A stretch of DNA of 64,000 nt from Glaucostegus cemiculus (Eukaryota), in contig CDPCPM010000370.1 in the NCBI GenBank assembly GCA_976551045.1, positions 1,550,001-1,614,000 on the forward strand, in the 5' to 3' direction. Positions 37,758 to 49,210 of this stretch are shown one piece after another (positions within the stretch are counted from its first letter, which is position 1; each line of letters starts with the position of its first letter). The position numbers and the translations under genes are program-made. Below the pieces are notes generated by a model that did not search any database, was not told the origin of the DNA, and worked only from the letters and a program-made list of their open reading frames with translations.

Positions 37758-39436
37758 CAGTGGTATGCAAACGTTTGGACACCCGCGGTCAAAATTTCTG
37801 TTATTGTGAGTGAGTAGAAGATGATCTGATTTCTAAAAGGCATAAATTTAAAGATGACACATTTCTTTAATATGTGAAGCAAGATTACTTATTTATTTCC
37901 ATCTTTTACAGTTTCAAAATAACAAAAAATGAAAAGGGCCCGAAGGAAATGTTTAGGCACGCTGCATGTTCGGGACTTAGTAACACGCCTTTTAGCAAGT
38001 TACACAGCTTGTAAACCCTTTCTGCAGCCAGTTCAATGTAATTCATTTCTTGTTTGGGAGATCTTCATAAGTTTCTCCTTACAAAATACTTTAAGTTCTG
38101 TGAGATTCTTGGGCCATCTTGCATGCACTGATCTGTTGAGGTCTAGCCACAGATTTTCGATAATGCTTCGGTCGGGGGAATATGAGACTCAGGCAACACC
38201 TTCAGTTTCTGCCTGTTGATGTCGTCCATTGTGGACTTTGAGATGTGATCAGGATCGTTATGCTGTTGTAGAAGCCCTCCTCTTCTCATCTTCTGCTTTT
38301 TGTACAGACGATGTGATGTTTGCTTCCTGAATTTGCTGGTATTTAATTGAATTCATTCTTCACTCTACCAATGAAATATTCCTCGTGCCATTGCCTGAAA
38401 AACCACCCCAAACATGATAGACACACATCCGTGCTTAACAGTTGGCGAGGTGTTATTTTCATGAAATTCTGCACTTTTTTCTCCAAACTTTCCTGCATCC
38501 TCACCAAAAAATTTAGCGTCAGGAGTTTGCAAAGGAGCATTTAAACAAGCCTGATACATTTTGTAAACAGGTTCTGTGGACTGATGAAGTGAAAATAGAA
38601 CTTCATGGTTGCAATAGGCAAAGGTATATTTTGAAAAAGAAGTGCAGAATGTCATGAAACGAATGTCTCTCCAACTGTTGAGCACAGGGGTGGATCAGTT
38701 ATGCTTTGGGCTTGTGTTGCAGCCAATAGAATAGGGATAATTTCATTGCTATATGGAAGAATGAATTCAAATACCTACCAAAAAAATACTGAAAGCAAAC
38801 GTCACACCATCTGCAACAAAAGATGAAGATGAAATGACAATGGCTTCTACAACAGGATAACGATCCAAAACACACCTCAAAATCCACAATGTACTGCCTA
38901 AACAGGAACAAACTGAAGGTTTTGAAATGGCTCTCACAATTCCCCGACATAAACATTATCGATAATCTGCGCACAGACGTGAACAGAGAAGAGGACGCAA
39001 GACGGCCCGAAAATTTCACAGATCTGGATGCCTTTTGCATGGAGGAATGGGCGAAAATCCCCTAAACAAGAATTGAAAGACAGTTAGCGAGCTGCAGTAA
39101 TCGTTTACAAGCTTTAAAACTTGCATAAAAGGGTGTTACCAAGTACTGAATATGCAGACAGCCTAAACTTTTGCTTCGGGTTCTTTTCTTTCATTGTTAT
39201 TTTGAAACTGGAATGGATAGAGATTTTTTTTTAAAGTATGTAATACTTAAAATCGGGACATGTTCGGCACAGCTTTGTGGGCCGAAGGACTTGAACTGTT
39301 CTGTAGTTTTTCTATGTTTCTATATTAATAAAATGTGTCATCTTTAACTTTCTGCTTATTCGAAATCTTTTATTCACTTCGCTATTCACAGTACAGGTAT
39401 TTTGACCAGCGGTGCCCAAACTTTTGCATGCCACCG
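37758..39436. mobile_element. Palindromic Tc1 derivative (two inverted 3' halves)
   Basis: Termini CAGTGGTATGCAAACGTTTGGACACC and GGTGCCCAAACTTTTGCATGCCACCG. Transposase DDE region is on - at ~37950-38488 and on + at ~38490-39140 (KQVLWTDE, PTVEHRGGSVMLWAC, QQDNDPKHTSKS). Short LINE/SINE tail inserted at ~39256-39322. Confidence 0.88.
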
Positions 39437-39647
39437 CATATACACATGGCTTCTAGTTTTAAAGTAGCGCAATCACGTGCATAAACTTTCCAACAAAGAC
39501 ATTTGACCCAAAAAATAAACAGTTTAGACTCGGTGACTGAAATGCTCTTCACGACATTGTCCACTTCAGATTGTGATTTTTCCCGTCATGCCAACTGAGA
39601 TGTCAATGCACTGATGAAAAACTCCACGGGTTCGCAGATTCACACCA

Positions 39648-39656
39648 TTACTTGAC
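39648..39656 (-). CDS. IGHM: IgM TM2 exon (VK*)
   Basis: CCTTAACAG|GTC AAG TAA; completes the KVK cytoplasmic tail. Confidence 0.9.
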   Translation of the reverse strand, partial: VK

Positions 39657-39789
39657 CTGTTAAGGAAGGACAGAGAATACGGAAGTACATTACTGTTCTT
39701 TAATTTAATGCGACGACGATTCAATCCAAATTATTCGACGTTTAATCTTTATAATCAGCCAAGACGAGGAGTGCTTTGGCTGAACTCAC

Positions 39790-39917
39790 CTTCACCAGGG
39801 TTAGGGCAGCGCCGTAGGAAATACTCAGAAAGAACAGGATGATGAACGTGGAAGCCGTTGTCCAGATGTTGTCTCTGTCTTCTTCATAGTTTTCAATCAG
39901 GATGTTGTCTGCGAAAT
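39790..39917 (-). CDS. IGHM: IgM TM1 exon
   Basis: DFADNILIENYEEDRDNIWTTASTFIILFFLSISYGAALTLVK with conserved antigen-receptor TM motif; AG/GT boundaries. Confidence 0.95.
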
Positions 39918-42218
39918 CTACGGAAAGCAGGAAGGGAAATACATTCACATCATTTTCCAGTCGGGACTTGGTTTCTTTCTTCTTTATTTACTTTCCGCCA
40001 ATATATTTTCCTCCTTAAGTTTAAAAGAATTTTCTCCGTTAAGATCAATCGTAGTTTTCAACAATCAATCCCAGTACCAACAACAGCTGCTCATGAAGTT
40101 GATTTATATCTACACGTTGTTCATTCTATCAATGTATAGTTATTGAATTATATGATTTGTTAATCCTCGTGGAGAACAAGTTGATGTTGGTTGTTTATGC
40201 AACGCACACAAAATATTCTGCCAGCCCTGCTGAGATCCACCCCAACCTCATTCGTGTGTTGCTCTAGACTCCATCCTTTAAAGAGTGTCTTGTGTCTTCG
40301 TTATTCATGAGATGCCTTTTAAAATTATTTGCAAGTGGTCAATGTTATTGAAACACAACGGATGCAGAATGTTTTTTTTTTATCATCAACTTGCAGCTGA
40401 GAATGTTGCTGCGTAATATGTAGGTTCGGAATTGAGAACGAATTGAAGTTGGGCGACAACAATGTTGGTTTAACATAAATTTCCGATTATTTGTCTCTAT
40501 AATTATGTAATTTGCCTCGTGTATTGCTTTAAGCTATTTTAATAAAAATTTTATTTTGCTATCGCGAAATTCAATATCAATTATATGTGTGAGTGTTGAT
40601 CTTCTTTCATTTGGATATTTCACTGTAAGTTCTTGGACATGCGTGCGCGCGCGGGTGTGTGTATGTGCGTTTAATTCGGCTGTTTGATGTTGTTCATGTG
40701 CACCTTTATGTTCAGGTGCGTCTGAGGTAGTGAGGCATTCGTTGTAGCGTCAGTCAGCATTATCTTGTGAATAAATGAATTACCTGTGCAAATATGTATG
40801 TCGATTTGTTATTGGTGTGAGGATTTTGTCGTGAGTGGGTATTGATGTGCAAGAGTGTGTGTGCATATTTGTCACACCAATTTCATGTTCAAATTTGCCT
40901 GATTTGCAATCCTTTCTGGGTATTATTTTCAACCTTCAGCAGTGTGTTAGCATTTCGATTCACAGTTATGCATTCATGTGTATTAATGATTGTATTTTTG
41001 ATATGACAGTGTATTTTTGCAAAGCGAGTTCATATTTTAAATCGCTTCCACATTTTTGGATATATTCCTCATTGTCTGACTTTTGCAGATGTGCGTGCAC
41101 CAGCTGGAGATCAACAACCAATACCAAGCCGGGTACTGATCACTGTTAAATATCTTGCCCCACGTCACACTTGGACCTTGCTCCGTGTTCCTACTTGACC
41201 CAGATGCCCATGACCATCTCAATCATGTAAACACTCTATCACAGACTGAAGTACATGAAAAGACTGCAACATTCTCTACAAGAGATTTCCCGAGTAGCAT
41301 GGCCTCTAAGAGAGTTTTGATATTTTAGTGTCATATTTTGACCCGTTATCCTTGTTCTATATATTCTGGTCAGGATACCCAGACATTCATTGATATCACA
41401 GAATTGCTGGAGGTTTTTTTCTGCTCCAAACTCTCATAAGCATTAAAACAACCTTCATTCTGTGCATCTGTGTGTGTTTGTGGGCGCCAGCGCACAGAAA
41501 CAAACACCCACACACACCCACGTACGCACGCACACGCACACACACTCACACAGGTCTTTGATGCTGAGGAATGATATTCCCGTTTATGAAACCGTATTTT
41601 CCCGCCTGCCTTGTTCTGCATGTTTAACCTAATTGATGCAAATCTTGAATTTGTTTTGCAAGAAAGGTCCAGCTTCTCTAGAACCTGGAGTTGGCCTGAT
41701 AACTCTCACCTTTATCACCATCGGGGTTGTATTTATAGTGATTGCTTGAATGCGTTTATACAATAGTGGAGTGTAGTTGCATTTCAGAATATATTCAATA
41801 ATCTCATCCCCCTTGCTGGAGAAATGTGTGCAGTTGTCGTAGAGCTGTTGCTCTTTCCTCCCTCTATTGTGGGGCAGTGTGAGTTTCTGATTTTTCTCAG
41901 CTACGGCGCACCCTGCCACGGTCAGTGCATTATATCCTCCTACAATTCTGGATGAATTAGAATTACGAGATAAAAAGGAATCGAAACTCCAGAAGATTGG
42001 ATCCGAATTCACGGAACTGAACAATGTTGTTCAAGTGTGTCTGTAAATTCTACAATAATGTATTTTAAACATATTCCTGAGGTGTTCGTGTGTTCTAGCC
42101 TGTGGTGCGTGTTTCACAAACCTCGACACCCTCAAATAAATAGCCGTCGCTTTGGCAATATTAGAGAACAATGAATTAAGTGATCTTGTGGTAACTTCAA
42201 GACTGGAAAGAAAAGGTA

Positions 42219-42224
42219 TTTATT
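42219..42224 (-). terminator. Polyadenylation signal for secreted IgM
   Basis: AATAAA about 37 nt after the secretory-tail stop codon. Confidence 0.8.
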
Positions 42225-42260
42225 GTGTATTTTTAAAAGCTAAATGCATCTGGGTGATTT

Positions 42261-42652
42261 TCATTGACAGGAATTTACAGTGTCCATCAGTACAAGAGAA
42301 ACGTTGACAAAACTGGGTTTACCGCTGGATCGATTGACCGTTCTGGCGATGGTCTTCATGGGCAGGGATTCGTGTCCCACCACACAGGAGAATGAAGCGC
42401 CGCTGGCCCACTGCTCCTTCCCGATGGATAACAGACTGTACATGAAGAAGGAGCTGTTGCCGTTCTCAGCCTGCACTTCAGTGTTCCTGTATTTCTGCGA
42501 ATCTACCGGCTTGTCTTCAACCGTCCATTTGACGAATATTCGGCGAGGAGAGAAGCCTCTCACAAAGCAAGTGAGGGTTACGGCCCTATGAGTGGAGACT
42601 TCATCTGTCGGCGGAAGGAGGACAGAAACGGATGGTTGCCGCGGGTGCGGAT
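42261..42652 (-). CDS. IGHM: IgM Cmu4 exon plus secretory tailpiece
   Basis: [15 protein letters not shown]...[17 protein letters not shown]...[11 protein letters not shown]...[22 protein letters not shown] (N-x-S site, penultimate Cys). Internal G|GTAAA donor at 42323 for the membrane form. Confidence 0.96.
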
Positions 42653-43222
42653 CTGCGGAACAATTGACAGATCGTTTGTTACACCTTATCTGCCACATTT
42701 CCAGATATCGCTCACTGATGCTCCAAGACACACCATTACATCAATGATGCGAAAAGTTCTGCCATTAACTGTGTACTTCAGGATTACATTTGATCTTCGA
42801 TTGACAAAGCATGAGCCTTGTACGGATTAAACACTACCTGTTTTTTCACCGGCTATATCTGCAACATGGTCAACATCCTAACCCTAATCCTAAACCTAAC
42901 TCTAAGGCCTTCACTGTGTGATGAATCAATCAAAGTACAAATAATATACTCCCAAGCTGACTCTGTCTATCTCTGGCCTCATGGACTGTCAAAACATGTC
43001 CCGATTCCAATTAGCAGGGAATAAAAAAAACACCTAATCCTCCGACTGCGGAGGTTGAAGTCTCCTGGAGTCAATATCGTATTCTCCACCTTCAGGTGAC
43101 TTCTTTCAGACAAAGGGTGCCTGTTGCCTTTTCAAAAATTCGTGTTCCTCATCGCTCTGCCTGTTTCAGAAGTAGCCACTGGTGCCTACCTGATATGCTG
43201 GACAGACCCAACATACGTGCTG

Positions 43223-44580
43223 TAGAACATAGAATGGTACACACAGTAATATGCACTTCGGCCCATGGTGTTCTGCCGAACTAATTCAACTGGAATTATC
43301 CGTTTACCTAAATATTCAATTCTGGCGACACAACGTCAATATCCCTCCGATTCTCTCTGCTTTCAGGTGCCATTTAAAAGCCTCTTATCATGTTTTGATC
43401 AACCAACACACCTGGAAACACATTCCTGGCACCCAACACTCTCCAAATTAAAAATGTGTCCTGCACGATTCCTGTGAACTTACCCTGGATCCCCTTAAAC
43501 GCATGCCCTCGGATGGTAGACAGTCCCATCCTGGGGAGAAAGGTACAGGCTGTCTACTCTAGCCGTGCCGCTCAATATCTTAGAATCTTCTATCAGGTCT
43601 CTGCTCATCCGCCTTCGCTCCAGAGAAACGAGCAGAAGTTTCTACAACCTCTCTTTCTTGCAGATATCCTCTGTAAGCCAGTTGCTGAAAAAACTCTTCT
43701 AAACTCTCTGCAAAGCCTTCACATCCATCTGATTATGGGGCGACCAGAATTGATTGCAAAATTCCTGATGAAGCCGTTGGAATTTTACGAATCTACTCCA
43801 TAAACTCCTGACTCTTGAAGTCAATGCTCCAAAAATCAAGACAAACGTATCATACACATCCTTTACCACTCCATACTGTGTGGTCACATTCACGGAGCTC
43901 TGGACATGGACCCAAAGATGCTGCTGTGCAACATCGCTGGAAAAGAGACCTTCCAATAACTGTGTACGTCTCCGTTTATATTTGAGCTTCCAATCTGGAA
44001 TATTTCACACGACAGAATTATACTCCATCAGCCGTTTCTCCACCCATATCTGCAATTGATTAAAATCCCGCTGTATCCTTTGGCACTTTTCCACATGAGT
44101 CACAGCGCAATCTTTATGTAATATGGAAACATAATAAATTACCCATCCTAATTTTACTCCTGGTGTTTATATATATCACAAACAGCGGAGATCCGAGTCA
44201 GATCCCCACGAATCACCACAAGTCACAACCTGCAACCAGACTTGCTCCTATTGACAATTACACTCTGTCTTCTGTAAGAAACCAAATCCGAGTCCAAATT
44301 CCAAATCATGGTGGGTCTCATGCATCTTAATCTTCTGGATGAGCCTACCACGAAGCACTACGTTAAAAACATCTTAATAACATCAGTGCAGAAAACATGC
44401 ACATATCCACCTTCATTGATTACCTTCATCTCCTCCCCGAAACACATAATCGAACACACATGAAATTAGGATAACAAAGCCATACTGACTATGCGGATTA
44501 CGGCCATGATTTTCCAACAGCTAATCAATCCTACCCCGAGAAATACCCTCCCGTAGCTTCGCCAAACACTCACATGATAC
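43223..44580 (-). mobile_element. CR1 LINE 3' remnant in the Cmu3-Cmu4 intron
   Basis: TAGAACATAGAA tail; QFWSP...DVKALQRV C-terminal motif (ORF 43699-43956). Confidence 0.75.
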
Positions 44581-44906
44581 ATTAGCACATATTCTGCTTT
44601 CTTCTTTGTTTCGTCTTCTAAATTAGGTCATGAACACATTTCACCGGATCTCCAAGCCTCTTATCCCTATGGTACCCTCATCTAAACTATCACCGGCATT
44701 CTATTTGTCCTCTGCATCAAATTTCCAACGTTTCGGCAACTTTACCCTTGTTTCCTTCTTCAACTTGCCTGACGAACGCGTTTCATGGAGCATTACTCTC
44801 GACCTACTTTCCAAAGATTTTGCCGAAGCTGCTCACTCTTCTCAACTATTTCATTTTCTAAAACTCAAGAGAAGTTAATCCTTCACCCTACTGCACCAGC
44901 CCTCAC

Positions 44907-45215
44907 CTTCTTGTTTGTGGATTGAAGCCCTTTTCGGAGTGGGCATTTCATCGTGGCTCACCACGCACTCAAAAACAGTCCCACTCAGCCAAGCTTGCGT
45001 CGAGATATTCAGGTTGCTGATCACGCTGTCGAGAGCCTCTCCGGGCTGGAAGGTAATCTCTGATTTCAACTCCTTTGTTCCTTGCATCCAAATTACTTGG
45101 ACGCCATAAGGTGCGTGAGAGATGACGCAGGTTAAGGTCACGGTCGCCTCTAGTAAGACCTGCTCTAGTGGTGGTGGCTGAATTGTAATCTCGTCCTCTT
45201 CGCAAGGGCTAACAT
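44907..45215 (-). CDS. IGHM: IgM Cmu3 exon
   Basis: 309 nt, phase 1/1: [33 protein letters not shown]...W...[14 protein letters not shown]. Confidence 0.95.
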
Positions 45216-45475
45216 CTGTGAAACATAAATGAAAATCAATGCAGCTTCATCAACAGAAACAGAAATGGAGATGTATCATCTGGGCTCTAAATAGGACAGG
45301 ATACATTCCTGGAACGGAGTCTTTGGCTTTTAACCACCTTCTCTCTCTGACCAAAGACCAACACCAAGCGTGGGAGGAGAAGTTATGCCGTGGCTTGTCC
45401 GGATGTCAGTGAACGTCTGCCTTGCACTGAATTCGGCACTTATACTGAGAGATGAAAAAGCAATGAGTCTCTTAC

Positions 45476-45787
45476 CTTGAGTGATACTGATGTTTCGGCT
45501 TTGCATGTCATTTTTATGAACGACCTGACAGGTAAAGACTGAACCAGCGAACCACTCTACGGCTGAGAATGTCATCTGGCTTGTCGCGGAGAAGTTGCCG
45601 TTCGCCTCAAAGGAGGGAGAAGTAACGACACCTGAATTCAGGGGCCGTCCATTCTTCAACCAGTTTACAGTGAGTTGTGCTGGGCGGAAGTCGGTCATCA
45701 AACACACGGCTGTCACTTTCTTGCTCCTTTTGATTTCCTCATGGGAATTCAGGGTGATGATGACGTTTGGATGAAGCACCACTCGAT
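45476..45787 (-). CDS. IGHM: IgM Cmu2 exon
   Basis: 312 nt, phase 1/1: DRVVLHPNVIITLNSHEEI...AVCLMTDFRP..LTVNWLKNG...EWFAGSVFTCQVVH. Confidence 0.95.
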
Positions 45788-46728
45788 CTTAATGAAAATA
45801 AATATTTGTAATTTCTCCTGTAATGCAACCTATTGTTAGAGACGAAAGCGATTTTTTTGCAGAGAATTCACTCTGCAAACAAAGAGAAATTAAATTCAAC
45901 TTTGCTTTTCCTCAAAGTAACTTCTCTCCACCTCAGCTCAATAATGCAGGCTGCAACTCACTTCACCGTCATGGACATAAAAAGTTGCAACCAAATTGTT
46001 GTCCTATGAAGGTGCTTCATGACATGCTGGTAAATAGAAGTACTTCAGACAAATAATTAATTACTGGCCTGGAAATCATGGGCCTAAGGTTCTCTTCGTT
46101 AAATATACATCTCCCGGTCCCTATAATTCTATGGGTCCCTCGGAGATCTTAATAAGGATGTTTCAACAGCTCCATGTTTCTGCCAGATCAGTGACCAAAC
46201 TTATCTCTGGATTTACAAGACTCTCCCGAATTATTAAGGGTGTGTCTGGTATAATATTACACTCATGCTCAGTTTTTGCACTGTCTTCCCAGAAAAAAAA
46301 ACATGTTTGCCCTCTTTCAAACCCGTTCAGTGCCTCACAATGTCAGAGACTGAATCTCCTTACATCTCAAGAATTGAGGTCAGTTTCTTGACCTTCTTGT
46401 GTCTCTCTAATCCATGTGTTCTGTTGTCAACCTCAACTTTTCTATTTCCATTGATACATTAAGGCGCATGTCGTTGGAAGTGTGAACAGTGTCACAGATG
46501 TCATTTTAATGCTAGCTGTGTGCTCTTCACTTTGCCAATAATATGGAAATATCATCTGCAAGTGGTTCACTGAATCGTGTAAGATCAATCTGGCACACGG
46601 AAGGAAACTAAACGATAGGTTAGGTCAAATACGATAATTTTCTGTCGAATTTGGGAAAAAATATCCTGATTGTCATATCCCACACAATCTGCACAACGCG
46701 CGGCCTGGCTTTATACGCCAACACTCAC

Positions 46729-47025
46729 CGGGCATTTGGACTTCCTTGACTGTATCACCGGACCGAACAACACAGTAGATGGCGCTGCTCCCCGCTTCTG
46801 ACTCTCTGACTGTCAATTGGCTGCTGCGTGTGTAAGTTCCCTTCTTGTTGAACACAGCGGGGTAGGTCTTCAGTCCGGTGGTGATCGGCACTTTGTCTTT
46901 CTTCCAGGAAATAATGATGCCCGACGGAGAGTAGTCCATCGCCAAACATCCGAAGGTGACCGAGTCGGCGGGATTGGGTTGCTCACAGGAGAGGAGAGGG
47001 TAGAGAGTGGGGGCGGCTGGTGCCG
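46729..47025 (-). CDS. IGHM: IgM Cmu1 exon
   Basis: 297 nt, phase 1/1: [15 protein letters not shown]...[12 protein letters not shown]...SWKK...[18 protein letters not shown]...IYC; retains the light-chain-linking Cys. Confidence 0.95.
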
Positions 47026-48075
47026 CTGGAAGAGAATTGCCATGTTAATTATCTAAACTTCCTTTTCTGGTTTGCAGGATATTCAAATAAGTGGCCGATT
47101 CAAAATTTTCAAATTCAATTCATTATATTTCGTTAAATGAAGTTGCCATAACCGCCTTATGTAACATTGTTTCTACATTGACCAGGTCTGATCAGAGCGA
47201 GATTCTTTCCACAACACATAATTGCAAATGCATGAAACCGAAGGCCAAATTCTGCTTGAAATCTATCGGCCCTGGAAAGCCTGAATTCCTTGAGAGCGAC
47301 ATACCGTGAAACGTCAGGCAATGAACAAATCTGACCAGCCCCATAAACAAAATGGCACTGCAAACAATTTCCGAATACTACCCGATACAACGGATCTATT
47401 CAATGTGCCAAAGATTCCTCAACAGCAGACGAACCCGCAAATTCTCCCACCATGAAGCACATTGGTGCAGTTTTCTTGTGATTTCACTGTCGGTAAGTTA
47501 CAATTAAGGTCATACACCATTGTGAATTGAACATAGAGCGCTGGGCTTCCGCTTTTACCAACTGTTAAATACTGATGTTAATTTTATCTTTAAAAAAAGG
47601 TCCATGCAGAATACGGTCTCCCCTAGACTGCAGAGCCAGGCATCGCCGGACAATCAAAGAAAGATAGAAATGGGGAATGAACATTCAAAGAAGTATTTTA
47701 TTGTCACCCTCCAATCCGCCATTCCCGATTCAGACACAACATTGTCTGTGCACAGGTTAAACTTCGTTCCAAGCTGCGACCAATTGTATAGCTTTCCTCT
47801 GTCTGAATGTCACCAGCTGGCTTATTTCTCCGTGACAAATCAGGCCTAGAGAAATATCGCCCTCCCTTCACAGATAATAATAAGTATATATGAAATTCAA
47901 ATGATGCCAAAGGGCAACAAAGGAGAATAGAAGGTTCACGCCGGGTAACTAAACATTCTGTTCTCCCGTGGTGAGTGGTTGCGCCGCTCAACAACGATAC
48001 AGTGAGAGAACCTTTGATTTCTATTTATTATCCAATCATCGCAACCGGAAGAAACTTACGAAAGGAGCTCAGATT

Positions 48076-49210
48076 TAGAACATACAATATACAGCATTAC
48101 AACACCGGCAGCCCTTCGGTCCACAAAGTTGTGTCGAGATTTTATCCTGCTGAAGGATCTAGCTAAGCCTTCCCACCCAAGTAGCCCTCCATTTCTCTAT
48201 GATTCACGTGACTATCTAAGAGTCCTTAAAATGTTCCGAATGTCTTTGGCCCCACAACCTCCGCTGGCCTGCGTTCCACGCACACACTAATCTCCGTGTA
48301 AAAATACTTACTTCTGACATCCAACGCATATCCTCCTCAAATCACCATAAAATTACTTCCAATCAGCATCCTATTACAAATCTTCTGCCTTCTCTCTAAA
48401 GCTTCGTGAAATGAGGTGACCAAAACTGAACATAATATTCCAAGTGTTTTCCAACAAGGGTTCTATGCAGCTGCAACATTAACTCTCTGCTTTTGAACTC
48501 AATACCCTGAATAAGAAGGCCAACACAGCATACGCATTCTTAACAACCCTATCGACCTGCACGGAAAACTTGAGGGATATATGGACGTTGACCCCCATTT
48601 CCTCCACATTGCTAAGACACCTGCCATTAATTTTGCATTCTGCTTTAAATTTAACTTACAGAAGTGTATCACTTCACTATTTCCAGGCTTAAATACTATC
48701 TGCCACCTCTCAGCACAGATCTGCGTTCTATAAATATCCTGTTACAATCTACAGCAACTTCTACACAATCCACAACGCCACCAAAATATGTATCATTTGC
48801 AAACTTACGACGTCACCCTGCTGCAACCTCATCCAACTCATTTATAAAAATCACAATGAACAGGGGTCCCAGAACCGATCCATGCGGAAAACCACTGGTC
48901 ACCGACCTAGAGGCAGGATACACTCGATCTTTCACCACCCTCTGTCCTCTGAGTGCGATCCAATTCTGAATACACATAGCCAGGTTTCCCTGAAGCCCAT
49001 GCCTGCTGAATTTCTGAATGAGCTTCCCATGAGGAATCTGATCAAATGGCTTACTAAATCTATATACACCATATTCCCAAAGTTCTGCTTCATCTGTGTG
49101 ATTTATCACATTCTCAAAGATTTCAGTCAGGTGCATAAAGCACGAACTGCCCCCTTCTGAAAGCCCTGCTGACTTTCCCTACTCAGCCTCTGATTCTCTA
49201 AATTTCCAAA
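48076..49210 (-). mobile_element. CR1 LINE 3' remnant in the J-Cmu intron
   Basis: ORF 48813-49136: FSKPFDQIPHGKLIQK...IQNWI...QRVV...VTSGFPHGSVLGPLFIVIFINELD. Confidence 0.88.

Noticed and set aside
46776-46792. CTCF-like ACAGTAGATGGCGCTG in Cmu1 (similar in the NAR V at ~17925)
   Set aside because: Explained by codons for the S-A-I-Y motif before the second Cys.
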